NCBI GenBank assembly: GCA_043228905.1
Contig: JBHGNT010000006.1
Location: 13,020,001-13,084,000, forward strand
From: Azolla caroliniana
Lineage: Eukaryota; Plantae; Polypodiophyta
Length of the DNA stretch: 64,000 bases
Direction of reading: 5' to 3'
Part shown: positions 25,764 to 37,985 of the stretch, in pieces
How positions within the stretch are numbered: position 1 is the first letter of the stretch
Layout of the letters: each line of letters begins with the position of its first letter
Notes under the pieces: model-generated
What the model was told of the DNA's origin: nothing
Databases searched by the model: none
The model's input: only the letters and a program-made list of their open reading frames with translations
Position numbers and translations under genes: made by a program

Positions 25764-27203
25764 GTGTGGAGATCGGTTGGCATTCAGTCATGCCGAACTT
25801 GTACAACATATTCAACACATAATGGCGTTGTGAAAGCAATATGCCATCGGGGGTTCAGATATCCTCGATCCCAAGAAAATAATGAAGGTCCTCCAGGTCC
25901 TTCATTTCAAATGCGTTCGACAACTGGGACTTCACTCGGCCGATTTCATCTTGTCCGGGTCTGGCGATGACTAAATCATCAACATATAACAAGATACAGA
26001 CCAGACCGTCCGGACCTTTCCGGATGAACAGGGATGAGTTGGACTTTGAGGCTGCAAACCCCATCTTATGCAACCGGTGCGTGATCTTCGCATTCCAAGC
26101 TCGAGGCGCTTGCTTCAAACTGTAAAACGACTTTTTGAGTCAACACACTGTTGACTTGTTCATCTCCGATTGGAAACCGGGGGGTTGGATCATATAGACC
26201 CGTTCTTCAAGGTTACCTTGAAGAAACGCATTCTTCACGTCCATTTGGTGAAGATACCATCCCCTTGCCAGAACAACAGCTAGTACCACACGAACCGTCG
26301 TCATCTTCACTACCGGAGTGAAGGTCTCATCGTAGTTGATTCCGTGGGTCTATGCGTATCCCTTCACCACTAACCGGGCCTTGTACCGGTTGACCGAACC
26401 GTCGGCGTTGTACTTTACCTTGTACACCCATTTGCAACCGATCGTTTTGCACTGTCGGAGAGGGTCAACCAGGTCCCATGTATTGTTGGCATCTAGTGCA
26501 CGTATTTCTTCCTCCATAGTAGGACACCAATTTGCGTCTTTTGCTGCTTCTGCGTAGCTCTCCAACTCACGCACTTCTGCCACCATAGTCATGTACGCAT
26601 AGTGATGCGTCATGTATTCATTGTACACATACCTCATGACGGTTTTCTTCTGATGGGTTGACTGGAATAACATTTCGTTAGCCAGTTTGAGTCCCTTCTT
26701 GGCAGGTTCAGACTTCCTTTCTGAAGATCCGCCTTCTTCCTTTCTGGGGTCAGATTCATTTTGATCTGACCCTTCACTACCGGTGTCGTAATCCGGCATT
26801 TTCTTCTTCTCCTTCTCTTTGCGCGTGAATTGTCTCCTCGGTTCCTTGTGCGGGGAGAGCACGACAGAGTCTCCACTACTCATTGGCACTTCATCCGACT
26901 AGTCATCCCAACTCAGCCGCTCATTCGGTCCAGTTAGCCGGAATGAGATCGGACTCTCTTCTAGAGTGCCGAAGTCTTCATCTTCTTCCAGGACCTCCTC
27001 GGGCTCACTAGCCTCATCTTCGGGAATCGGCTCTTCGTCAAGAGTTGGAGCCGGTAGGGTGTACCATGATGCCGACTCATCAAACTCGACATCTCGACTT
27101 ACTCATACCTATTTAGTGTTGGGGATATGTCCCTCTAGTGGAAATAGCCAACAGGCGAAAATCAAAGAGTCGACAACAGAGAGTCGATTATTTAAACAGA
27201 TTG

Positions 27204-27236
<33 letters not shown>

Positions 27237-27361
27237 CTAATAATACTAATGATATGTAGTAGTGGCTACAATTGTAAATATTCCATACAATGTATTAGTA
27301 TATATATACATCTAGGGCAAACATAGTAGTGTGCCGACAATAGAAGTGTGCGTAAGAGAGA

Positions 27362-28098
27362 TGCTCCCGATGAACAACGATCGGCCACAATCGAGCCTAG
27401 AATCAAACATAGAAAACGAGTAATGAACGCGCGACACAGTGAAGAGAAGAGTACACAGGAAGTTAACGTGGAAAACCCAAACTAGGGAAAAACCACGGCA
27501 GCCCACAGACTACAAACTATCACTATATCACAATGTACAATAGTAAAGCACCGAGGCAACGACCTCGAGCTTGCTATCTTCGCCACAGACAGCGGTTACA
27601 ACAGAGGCAATGACCTCTTCCTCTCTCTCTCTCTCTCTCTCTGTACACAGTTACACACTCAAATCTTGCACCAACAAGAATGACAACTACGATACCACTA
27701 AGTTTGCCCTAAGTCATATTTATACTAATATGACTTTTCGGCTATTTACAAATATAGCCCCGATGGACTCTCAGAAAACATATTTACGAATATGTCCCTT
27801 CATCCGGTGAGTACTTCTCACCGGGCCTTCACCATCTGGCTCTTGCCGGGTACTCGTCATCCGGTTCTCACCGGGTCTTCCGTAGCCGGGTACTCCACAT
27901 CCGGTTCTCACCGGGTCTTCCGTTGCTGGGTACTCGTCATCCGGTTCTCACCGGGTCTTCCGTAGCCGGGTACTCGTCATCTGGTTCTCACCGGGTCTTC
28001 CGTAGCCGGGTACACCACATCCGGTTTCGGCCTCGGCCGAGTTTGCTCATCAACACTGTTCTTCTCACTTCCCATCCGAAGGGACCTATTTCCTAGCA
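27362..28098 (-). mobile_element. Family-A-like solo LTR inside the C1 5' LTR
   Basis: TGCT...AGCA termini; minus-strand start TGCTAGGAAATAGGTCCCTTCGGATGGG resembles the A1 LTR. Flanked by a 67-bp direct repeat. Confidence 0.88.
27801..28030. repeat. About 40-bp tandem repeat, roughly 5 copies, in solo-LTR U3
   Basis: Unit CATCCGGTTCTCACCGGGTCTTCCGTAGCCGGGTACTCGT. Confidence 0.9.
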
Positions 28099-28467
28099 TT
28101 AGTATATATATACATCTAGGGCAAACATAGTAGTGTGACGACAATAGAAGTGTGCGTAAGAGAGAGGCGAGTGAAAGCGAGAGAGAGAGAGAGAGAGAGA
28201 GTGGCACCATAGTTGTGTGCGTAACAGCAGACGCCAAGAACCCTACAAAGTGTGACACTCAAAAAGAGTGTTGTAACCTCTATCTTGTATATCCAGTGTA
28301 TAGTGAAGCTTACCCTCCCGTGGTTTTCTCCCATTTTTAGGGTTTCCACGTAAATCTCTGTGTATTGTGTCATTGTGTGCCTGTGTAGTGTATTTTCAGC
28401 ATCGTTTGATCTTGTGGTTTTACGAATCCTTTCTCAACAATTTGGTATCAGAACTGGAGGTGCAAGC

Positions 28468-31400
28468 ATGGAAGGAGGTGTGAGCAGCTTCCCTGGCATG
28501 ATAGTTCTAAACTCATAGAACTATGCAGACTAGAAGATAAAGATGGATGACCTTCTCATAGTCAAAGACCTGTACGAGCCAGTCGATAGAGCAGATATAC
28601 CCAGGGGGGTATTGGAGTCGGATTGGAAACTTCTTAACAGAAAGGCGGTGGCCACCATCCGACAATGTGTCAACGTAAGTGTCTTGCAACATGTGGCGAA
28701 TGACACAGATGCACACGAGATGTGGCAGAAGATGTCGGGTCTATATGAGAGGAAGAATGTGCTCAATAAAACCTCACTGATGAGAAAGATTGTACGGCTG
28801 AATTGCAAGGACGGTGAGAGCATCGTCGAACCCATCGGCACATTCATGGGGTATGTGAATCAACTTGCTGCAACCAAGTTTCCCCTGGATGATGCGATGC
28901 AAGCCATTCTGTTGATGTGCACACTGTCGGATAGCTAGGAGAACCTGGTGGTCACTCTCATCACCTCTTGTCAAGAAGAGAACTTGTCTTTACAAACCGT
29001 AAAAACAAGCATCCTAAATGAGGAGGCAAGGAGGAAGGACAAGGGAGTCTTGTCCCGGTTGGAGTCGAATGTAACACAACATCCGGACAGAGGAAAGAAC
29101 TGGCAAAGAAGTCCACCAAGGAGAGAAAAGTCCCAAGCCAAATCAAAGTCTAGAGGTAAGCTAGTGTGCTTTTATTGTGGTAAACCTGGACAATTCCAAA
29201 AGGACTACCGACACATGAGAAAAGACAAGGGTGTCGGAAACAATGTCGAACCTAGGAAGATTCCTGATGAGAAGAACACTTCTGCGATTACTACGAGCAA
29301 TGAAGAACTGTTGTTCATCTGTGAACAGACAAGTGCAAATCTTGCAAGTGGAGAATGCACTTGGGTGATCGATTTTGGGGCATCGTTCCACATAACTCCG
29401 TCAAGAGAGTATTTCTCGACTTACATAGTCGGAGACCACAGTTATGTGAAAATGGGTGATAGTGGAGAGTGCAAGATAGCCAGAGTCGGAAGTATTTGCT
29501 TGAGGATGTCGACAGGGTGTCAACTGACTCTGAAGGATGTTCGACATGTCCCATATATCATATTGAATCTGAGATCGACTGGAAGGTTAGATGATGAAGG
29601 CTATAGTGATAGCTTTCGGAATGGAAAGTGGAAGTTCTGCCGAGGAATTCTTATAGTGGCCCGAGCACAGAAAGAAGGCACATTATCTATGATGCATGCC
29701 TGACTATGAAAATCGGAAGTAAATGTGGCAGCAGACTCGGCAAGAGAGATATGGCATAAGAGGCTAGGCCACATGAGTGAGAAAGGAATGCACCTGCTAG
29801 CCGACCAAACACTTCTACCAGAAGTCAAGGGAGTGCACCTGGAGAAGTGCGTCGACTGAAGTCGACGGATCAAGTACTATCGGTTTTCTAGGACTTCTAG
29901 GCTAGAGTTGAACGAGAGTCGGGTCGAAAGTTGAAGACTGTTTGAACTGACAACGGTGGTGAGTATAGAGGGCAATTCGAGGAATACTACAAGTGCCAAG
30001 GTATTCGGATTGAATACACAGCGCCAAAGACCCCTGAGTTGAATGGGCTTGCAGAGAGGATGAATCGAACAATCATGTAGAGGGTAAGGAGCATTCTCTC
30101 TTATGCAAAACTACCGAAATCCTATTGGGTTGAGGCGATGTACACGATTGTTTATCTGATCAACAGGTCTCCCTCAGTACCATTAAAGGGTGATGTCCCA
30201 TAGAGAGAGTGGACAGGGAAGGATGTCTCCTACCAACACCTGAGGGTGTTTGGATGTTTGGGGTATATGCATGTACCGAAGGATCAGAGGTCAAAGCTTG
30301 ACAGTAGGTTGAAAGCATGCATATTCATGGGATACACGGAGGATGAGTTCGGTTATCGGCTAGGGGACCCAGTCGACAAGAAGGTAGTGAGGAGTCAGGA
30401 CGTAGTCTTTCTTGAAGATAAGACGATTGAAGATCGGAAGCAACAGAAGTCGGATACGACTCCCTAGTCATCCCTGACTATCGTCGATCTAAGGTCAAGT
30501 GAATTGACAACATCGGCTATTCGGAGATGGCAAGGCGGCACAGCCGAATCTAAGTCGATTGACTCAAAGAGACCGATTGACTATGAGTCTAACTCAGCAG
30601 AGCTGCTAAGGTCAATTGAAGAGTATGAGTTGGAGTCATCCAACCTAGAGATGTCGATTGACGTGCAGGAAACCCAGCAGAGAGAAGAGTTGGCAGAGAC
30701 ATCCGAAAAAGAGCCAACAACGAGGGGAAGGAGATACACAGACAACATATGGCAGTCAATACATCCTCTTGACTAATGAAGGTGAACCGGAGTGCTATGA
30801 AGAAGCCATTGACGACGAGCACAAAGAGAAATGGTTGAACACAATGCAAGATGAGATGGAATCCTTCCATGAGAATTACACCTACGACCTGGTAGAGCTG
30901 CCAAAAGGTAAGAGAGCACTCAGGAATAAGTGGGTCTACAAGGTGAAGACTGGAGAAGCTGTCAGTGAGCCCAGGTATAAAGCCCGCATAGTGATGAAGG
31001 GTTTTCAACAGAAAAAGGGTGTCGACTTTGACGAAATATTCGCGCCAGTCGTGAAGATGACATCCATTCGAACTGTTCTAAGTATAACGGCCAATATGGA
31101 CCTGCAGATCAAACAATTGGATGTCAAAACAACATTCTTGCACAGGGAGCTAGAAGAAGAAATCTACATGCAGCAACCTGAAGGCTTTGAGGAGAAAGGG
31201 AAAGAGAACCTGGTGTGTTGACTAAAGAAAAATTTGTACGGTCTGAAACAAGCTCCACGCCAATGGTACAAGAAGTTCAAGTCCTTCATGATAGAACACT
31301 GGTTCTAGAAAACACAGGCCAATCACTGTGTGTTCGTCAAAAGGTACGAAGAAGGAGACTTCTTGATTCTCTTGTCATATAATGATGACATGTTGATAGT

Positions 31401-32355
31401 CAGTCAAGTCACAAGGATGATCGGAAGCTTGAAGAAAGCTCTAGGCAAGTTGTTTGCCATGAAAGACCTTGGACCGACTAAACAGATCTTAAGAATGCAC
31501 ATAGTTCGAGACAGAACTAAAAAGGTGCTATGGTTGTTACAACAATAGTATGTGGCGAAGATCCTAAAAAGGTTCAACATGTCGGATGCAAAGCCGGTCA
31601 GCTCGGTGTTGCCGAAAAATTGCAAGTTGAATGCGAAGTGGTGCCCGAAATGGGAGAAGGAGAAGGTCGAGATGAGGAAGGTACCATATGCCTTAGCCGT
31701 CGGCAGTTTAATGTATGCTATGGTCTGTACGAGAACAAACATAACATTTGTTGTGGGAGCAATAAACCGATATATGAGTAATCCAGGAAGAGAACATTGC
31801 GCAACGGTGAAGTGGATACTCAGGTACTTAAAAGGCACCTCAGGTGTGTGCCTAGGGTATGGTGTCGGAAAACCTCTGTTGGAAGGTTTTACCGACTTGG
31901 ACAAGTCGAGAGATGTAGACTCAAGCCGATCCACGTTGGGGTACATGATGACCTATGGAGGGGAAGCAATGTTGTGGCAATCACGACTGTGGAAGTCTGT
32001 AGCCGTGTCGGCTATAGAGGTAGTGTATATGGCAGTGGTAGAGGCCAGCAAAGAGCTGATCTGGATGAGAAATTTTCTCAACGAGCTAGGGATGAAATAG
32101 AGGGAGTTCTTGCTTCACTGTGGCATCTAGAGTGCAATACATCTTTCCAAGAATGCTACATATCACTCCCGGACCAAACACATACAGAGAAGGTATCACT
32201 AGCTGCGGGAGAAAGTCGAAGAAGGAGAGTTTACACTTGTGAAGATCCACACGGATAACAATGGATCTAACATGCTCACGAAGAACCTACCTATGGACAA
32301 ACTTAGAGTCAGTCCACAGAAGGTAGGATTGACTGACTCCCTCCCACAGGAGTGA
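28468..32355 (+). pseudogene. gag-pol: C1 gag-pol with many stops and an integrase deletion near 29858
   Basis: Colinear with the A1 protein (MEGG..., LLNRKAVATIRQ, CFYCGKPG, FDEIFAPVVKM). Confidence 0.92.
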
Positions 32356-33717
32356 AGGGGGAGTTTGTTGGGGATATGTCCCTCCAGTGGGAGGAACCGA
32401 CTGTTCGGAAATAACCGACAGTCGAAGATTCGAAGGAACCAACTGTTCGAAAATAGCCAACATGCGATAATCAAAGAGTCGACAATAGAGAGTCGATTAT
32501 TTAAACAGAGTGATTATTATTATTATTATAGTAATAATAATAGTAATGATATGTAGTAGTGGCTACAATTGTAAGTAGTCCATACGATGTACCAGTATAT
32601 ATATACATCTAGGGCAAACATAGTAGTGTGACGACAATAGAATTGTGCATAAGAGAGACGCGAGTGAAAGAGAGAGTGGTGCCATAGTTGTGTGCATAAC
32701 AACAGATGCCAAGAACCTTACAGAGGGTGATACACTCCGAAAGAGGGTTGTAACCTCTGTCTTGTATATCCACTGTATAGTGAAGCTTACTCTCCTGTGG
32801 TTTTTTTCCTGTTTTTAGGGTTTCCACGTAAATCTTTGTGTACTATGTCGTTGTGTGCCTGTGTAGTGTATTTTCAACATCGTTTGATCTTGTGATTTTA
32901 CGAATCGTTTCTCAACTTTTAGTCTAGGGGTTATAGCACTTATACCCCTTTTGCTCATGCGAGTAACCAACTACGATGCAATTCTCCGACTTCGGATCTA
33001 GCTTCTTCCGCTTCTCATCCGCGACATGCACATATGCTATGCTACCGAATATCCGAAGGTGCCTCAAATTTGGCCCTGCCCGAAATACAACTCATGTGCT
33101 GACACCATGTCTCCGATCCGGTTTTGGATGTAAAATGTTGTCCGGTCCGAATCAGCCCGGTAGAATTGGGGCATGCTCCTCTCCTCCAGCATTGCCCTTG
33201 TTGGGTCGACAATCGACCGGTTCTTCCTTTTGGCCGTTTTGCTCTGATGTGTATCTGTAGAGGAATTCTCTCCGAATTCCATTATGCTGCAGATAACTAT
33301 TGAATTGACCGGAAAAGTATTCTTTTCCACCATCCAACCATAGGCACTTGATCTTCCTCTCCGTTTCCCTTTCGACTATAGGTTCTGGAAATGGTCGAAG
33401 ACTTCACTTTTCTTCTCGATGAGGCAGATCCACGTGTGGCGGCTGTAGTCGTCGATGAAGGAGACAAAATACCGACTCACGCCAAGACTAACGTTCTATG
33501 TCGGTCCCCATACATCCGAATGGATTAGATCGAGCTTGTTATGGCTCCGGTTTCGTTCGGTGGGAAATGGAAGCCGATGTTGCTTCCCGAGTTGGCAAGC
33601 TTCACATATTTGGGCCTTTCGGCCACTAAACTTCGGCAATCCGAACACAACTTGTTTCGATTGCAGATCTTGAAGCCTCTAGTAGTTGATGTGGCCGATC
33701 CGCTTATGCCAAAGATT

Positions 33718-33980
33718 TGAGAGGAAATAGCACGGAATACTACTTGGCCACAACCGAGTCTTGAATCACTTCAATGAGAAGGAAACACACAAATGGGAAA
33801 ATAGAGAGTACACAGGATGTTTGCGTGGAAAACCCTGAATGGGAAAAACCACGGGAGCCCATAGACTCCAACTATCACTATGAGGAAAAGGGTACAATCA
33901 GAGACTTAGAGGCAGGAAAGGTCAACAAGCTTGAGCTCTATTTCTTCGCCAAGCAGCGGTTACAACAGAGTATCACTCTG

Positions 33981-34021
<41 letters not shown>

Positions 34022-34275
34022 GCAACAGATATACACAAACAACAATATGACAACCTTTTATTTGTGATTGTCCTAAGTCATATTTATACTTATATGGACT
34101 TAGGGCTATTTACAAATATAGCTTCAATAGGCTTACTCAAAACATATTTACAGATATGTCTTCTCTTCCGGTTCTCACCGGGTCCATCCGATCTGGTTTC
34201 CGGATCTCGTCCAGTTCTCACTGGGTCCTCTTCATTTATAGCCAAATCCCATCTGAAGGGACCAATTTCCCAACA
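33718..34275 (-). mobile_element. Family-A-like solo LTR
   Basis: TG...CA termini; TSD AGATT (33713-33717, 34276-34280); shares A-family U3/R motifs. Confidence 0.93.
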
Positions 34276-35828
34276 AGATTGATTTCTGATTCAATCTTCT
34301 GTCCTTTGGCCAACATGGTGGTTTCAACGTCATTTTTGTTGAGGATTAACAGCCTCCCTTCCCTACGACCTTGTGCAATTATCCGGCCTTCTTCCTCAAT
34401 GAAGCACCCGAGGTGTGTAAACCGCACCTCTATTCCCTGGTCGACGATTTGTCCGACCGATACCAGGTTCTTTGTGATAGTTGGACCATGTAGTACGTTC
34501 ATCAGCTTTCCCTTTTGTCTGACATGGCTTAAAGGGACTTCTCTGACATGCACAATTGGGTGAGGGTTGTCGCCTCCGGTTTTGACAAACCCTGATTGTT
34601 CCGGCTTGTCCAAAAAGGAGAACCACTCTTCATGGCTCGTCATGTGGTTGGACGCTCCAGTATCAACGTACCATACTTCCTCGGATCTGGATGTCGTCTT
34701 CTTCATCGAGTTCGCCTTGTGCTTCATCACAAAGGTTGGCCCTTTTTCAGGCTTCCCGGTTCTGGATCCTTCTAATCCTTTCGTGTAGTGCTAGCTTTGC
34801 CGGATCCGGATTTGTCTGAATCAGCGCACTTCTTCCAGCACTCGCTCTCCCTGTGGCCTTTCTTGCCACAGTACCAGCATTCCGTGTTGGCCTTTCCTTG
34901 CCAATTTCCAGCACCGTTATGACTCCCCCTCCTTGTGGAGGGTCCGGAACTGCTATCGGCAATGTTTTTGTGCCTTCAGTTTTGCTCTTGATAACCGCCT
35001 CCATTGCGTGCCGACCCACCTCGTCCTCCACGCCCACGGGATCGATCCGCCTCCGTGTACAACATCCGACCGTCTGATTGAGTGCTCCTCGACCCACTCG
35101 TGTGGTTTTCTTTGACCATCAACATTGATTGTAAGTCGAAGAAGGTCTCGGGGGCAAATTGCCGTCTGGATTGGCCCGTACCGTTGTGCTAGACCACTGA
35201 GGCAAATGTGAACCATCACTTTGATGGACCCGAGCACGTCGCAAATCTCCTTGATCTTGGTGGTCTAATCCACAACCGACATATCTCTTTGCCAGATGTT
35301 GTTTAGCTCTTGTCGGAGATGCAACTTACGAGCTATGGTACTCGCGGCAAAAATCTTCCTAAGATTTTCCAGGCCTCCTTCGACATTTTTGCATCCTTAA
35401 TGTAGCCAAGCATCTGATCATGCACACAGGAGGTGAGGCAGTACAAAACTCGGCTCGCTCCTTGTTCCCATGCCGGGAACTCCTTGTGTGTCGGCTCCAT
35501 CGCTGTCTTGTTGGTTCCTTCCACGTAGCTCCAATATCCATGCCCCATCAGGTACTGGTGCATTTTATATGACTAGGATGCTTAGTTGCTCCGGTCGAGC
35601 TTCTCTGTGGGCAGTTAACTCGCCATACCTCTATCCATATCTTTCTCTATCTATCATTACCATGTATTAGGGTTTGTCTTCGAAAGCGTATGTCGGCTGC
35701 AGAGGTTCTCAACCCTCGCGCTCTGATACCATGTCAAAGTAAACATGCGGAACCATTTGACAAACCGGCTCAGCCGGATAGCAATAGAAGATGAAAGGAA
35801 AACTCAACACACACAGAGAATGCGTATG

Positions 35829-35832
<4 letters not shown>

Positions 35833-35883
<51 letters not shown>
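35833..35883. repeat. (AG)n microsatellite in the B3 LTR
   Basis: About 25 AG units. Confidence 0.95.
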
Positions 35884-35885
<2 letters not shown>

Positions 35886-36211
35886 AGAACATAAACTCAA
35901 TTCAAAATAATAGTCTCAATATTCTGTACATAGAATGTGCTCTAAGATCACTTTTATACAAGTTCATAAAGGACTGATAGAAGTATTGACAGGTACTTCA
36001 ATGCCCACATGGGCGACTATCACTGACTCCCAAAAATATGTCTACGTACTAGGCTGGATCCGTAGGCCTCTAACGGCCTACCGGTTTCAATGCGATCCGG
36101 CTCTCTGATCGGGCTTTTGGTTCCAGATATCATCCGGACACCGATCCGGATACTGATCTGGCTCTGGCTTATTCAGCCAATCCGGATCCGGTTGAGCTTA
36201 CTCGCTCAACA

Positions 36212-36311
36212 CATAGCCTATAGCCGAACTCATCTTCCAAGTATCCCATGAATATGTCTGGCTTCAACTTACTATCGAGCTTCGACCTCTGATCCTTAGG
36301 CACAAGCATAT
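36212..36311 (-). pseudogene. pol: Copia C2, segment 2 (integrase C-terminal region)
   Basis: VPKDQRSKLDSKLK...EDEFGYRL, homologous to C1 30270-30362. Confidence 0.85.
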
Positions 36312-37328
36312 TGTTGAGAGACAAGCTCAACATTGGGTGCATAAACCGGTGCATAACCCAATGTGTAGACTAGGTGCGTAAAACCGTACGCAAAATATGG
36401 TCTTGGCGGTGTTTAAACCGAAAGTCCGTTAGAATGTTATTCCTCGTACATATGGAATAGTTTTGGGAGTTAGTGTGGAAGGCTCATTTATGAGCAGTCA
36501 AGTATTGTTAGTACTTGTGTCAGGTCGAAAGTCAGGGCTTGTATAAAAGGTGCTCATCGAGCATGAAATATGTACAGAGAACATCAGAGAATTACTTTCG
36601 AATATAGTTTTGTATTTTCTGCTCACTCTGTCTCTCCCTCTCCTTCTCTTTTATTTCTGCATTTTATTGAACTACGGTACTTCCAAAATGTGTACTATGT
36701 GCTCTTACGCATACGCTTCCACACACATACTCTTTTACATGGTATCAGAGCGTGAGGGTTGAGAATCCTCTACAGTCGACAAAAAAACCTACGATAACGA
36801 CAATGTTAAGTTGTTGTTATCTGAAAGGATAAGACATCAGTTTGGACAGAGGAATGGGAAGCTTGCTACCGATTGAGAAGCTCGACAGGAGCAACTATGC
36901 ATCTTGGTCGTACAAGATGCACCAGTACCTGCTTGGTCATGGTTACTAGAGTTATGTCGAAGGAGCTAATGATGCAGCACCCGAATTGACACACAAAGAC
37001 TTTCCGGCTTGGGAACAAGCGGCAAGCAGAGTACTTTATCGCTTCGCATCTTGTGTGAGCAACCAACTCTTGAGCTACATTCAGGATCCTAAGATGCCAA
37101 AGGACGTGTGGGCAAATCTCAAGAGGATTTTCGCCGCTAGCACAACGTCCGATAGAAAGATCGGCATGTGGCCGACTACACGGCCCGAATCAAGGAGATT
37201 TACGATTCCCTCGCCTCCGTGAACGTTGTCGTAGTGTATTTCGTACACTACGTGAAAAAGTAAAAATAATATAACCGATTTAATTCCATATAAATAAATA
37301 AAATAAGAATTTCAAAATATCTATCACC

Positions 37329-37400
37329 TGCATAGGGCAAGAATTGAACCCTATACCCCCACAGGGCCAAACCTCAACTTTACCATTATGCTACCTTATC
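37329..37400 (-). other. tRNA-like module (Pol III A and B boxes) in the N 5' LTR; copy at 39951-40022
   Basis: Minus strand reads TAGCATAATGGTAA...GGTTCAATTC; the 3' LTR copy has GGTTCGAATC. Confidence 0.65.
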
Positions 37401-37951
37401 TTTAGTGTTCTACAAATAGATTTAATAACTATAAGTGCTTTATTTGCGCCTACCTTTATTAAAAGGAAAATCATGCATTTTTAGAGTGCGTGAATATTTT
37501 ATAGAAAAACACAAGCAACTAAAAAGTGACTCATGCACATCTAGCGTGCATGAGCACTATATTTAGCAAATAAAAGCAAGGATTAGAAAAGCATCACATG
37601 CACATTTAGTGTGCATGAACATATTAGAAAAAGCATGTAGCTATGCTTAGTCTCTCCCATCACTATATAAGGATGGGGAGCACATTGTAGTTTTTGTTGA
37701 TTATTTTTCTATAATGATCAATCAATCTAAAATATTCGTGGGATTCACGAATTTGCTAAAATAATTCTCTCTTACTACCTAAATATTGACTAAATATACT
37801 AAACTCATGGGATTCACGAGATTCTTATCTTATAACTCTTTATACCTATTCTTTACTAGCCTTATTTGTATTTTTCTTTCTCCTAGTCCAAAACCTCAGT
37901 GGTTCCCACCCGACTCACGCAACAATCCGGAGCCGAAAGGCATGACACAGT

Positions 37952-37968
37952 TGGTGAACCCGACGTGA
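37952..37968 (+). promoter_or_regulatory. PBS of N (tRNA-Trp)
   Basis: TGGTGAACCCGACGTGA is complementary to the plant tRNA-Trp 3' end TCACGTCGGGTTCA-CCA. Confidence 0.85.
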
Positions 37969-37985
37969 AGACGGGTAGCAAGGAG

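Larger units (their letters stand above)
27117..32917 (+). mobile_element. Full-length degenerate copia C1
   Basis: 5' LTR 27117-28439 (split) and 3' LTR 32366-32917. TSD TTTAG on both sides. PBS at 28443, PPT near 32349-32363. Confidence 0.95.
25764..36211 (-). mobile_element. Copia B3: 5' LTR 35732-36211, PBS 35720-35731; 3'-truncated; host of C1 and a solo LTR
   Basis: gag MHQYLMGHGYW, WYVDTGAS, integrase and RT LYVDD. The reading continues across both inserts once their TSDs are removed. Confidence 0.92.

Noticed and set aside
27801-28030. CRISPR-like regular repeats
   Set aside because: The units are contiguous with no unique spacers and lie within a eukaryotic LTR.
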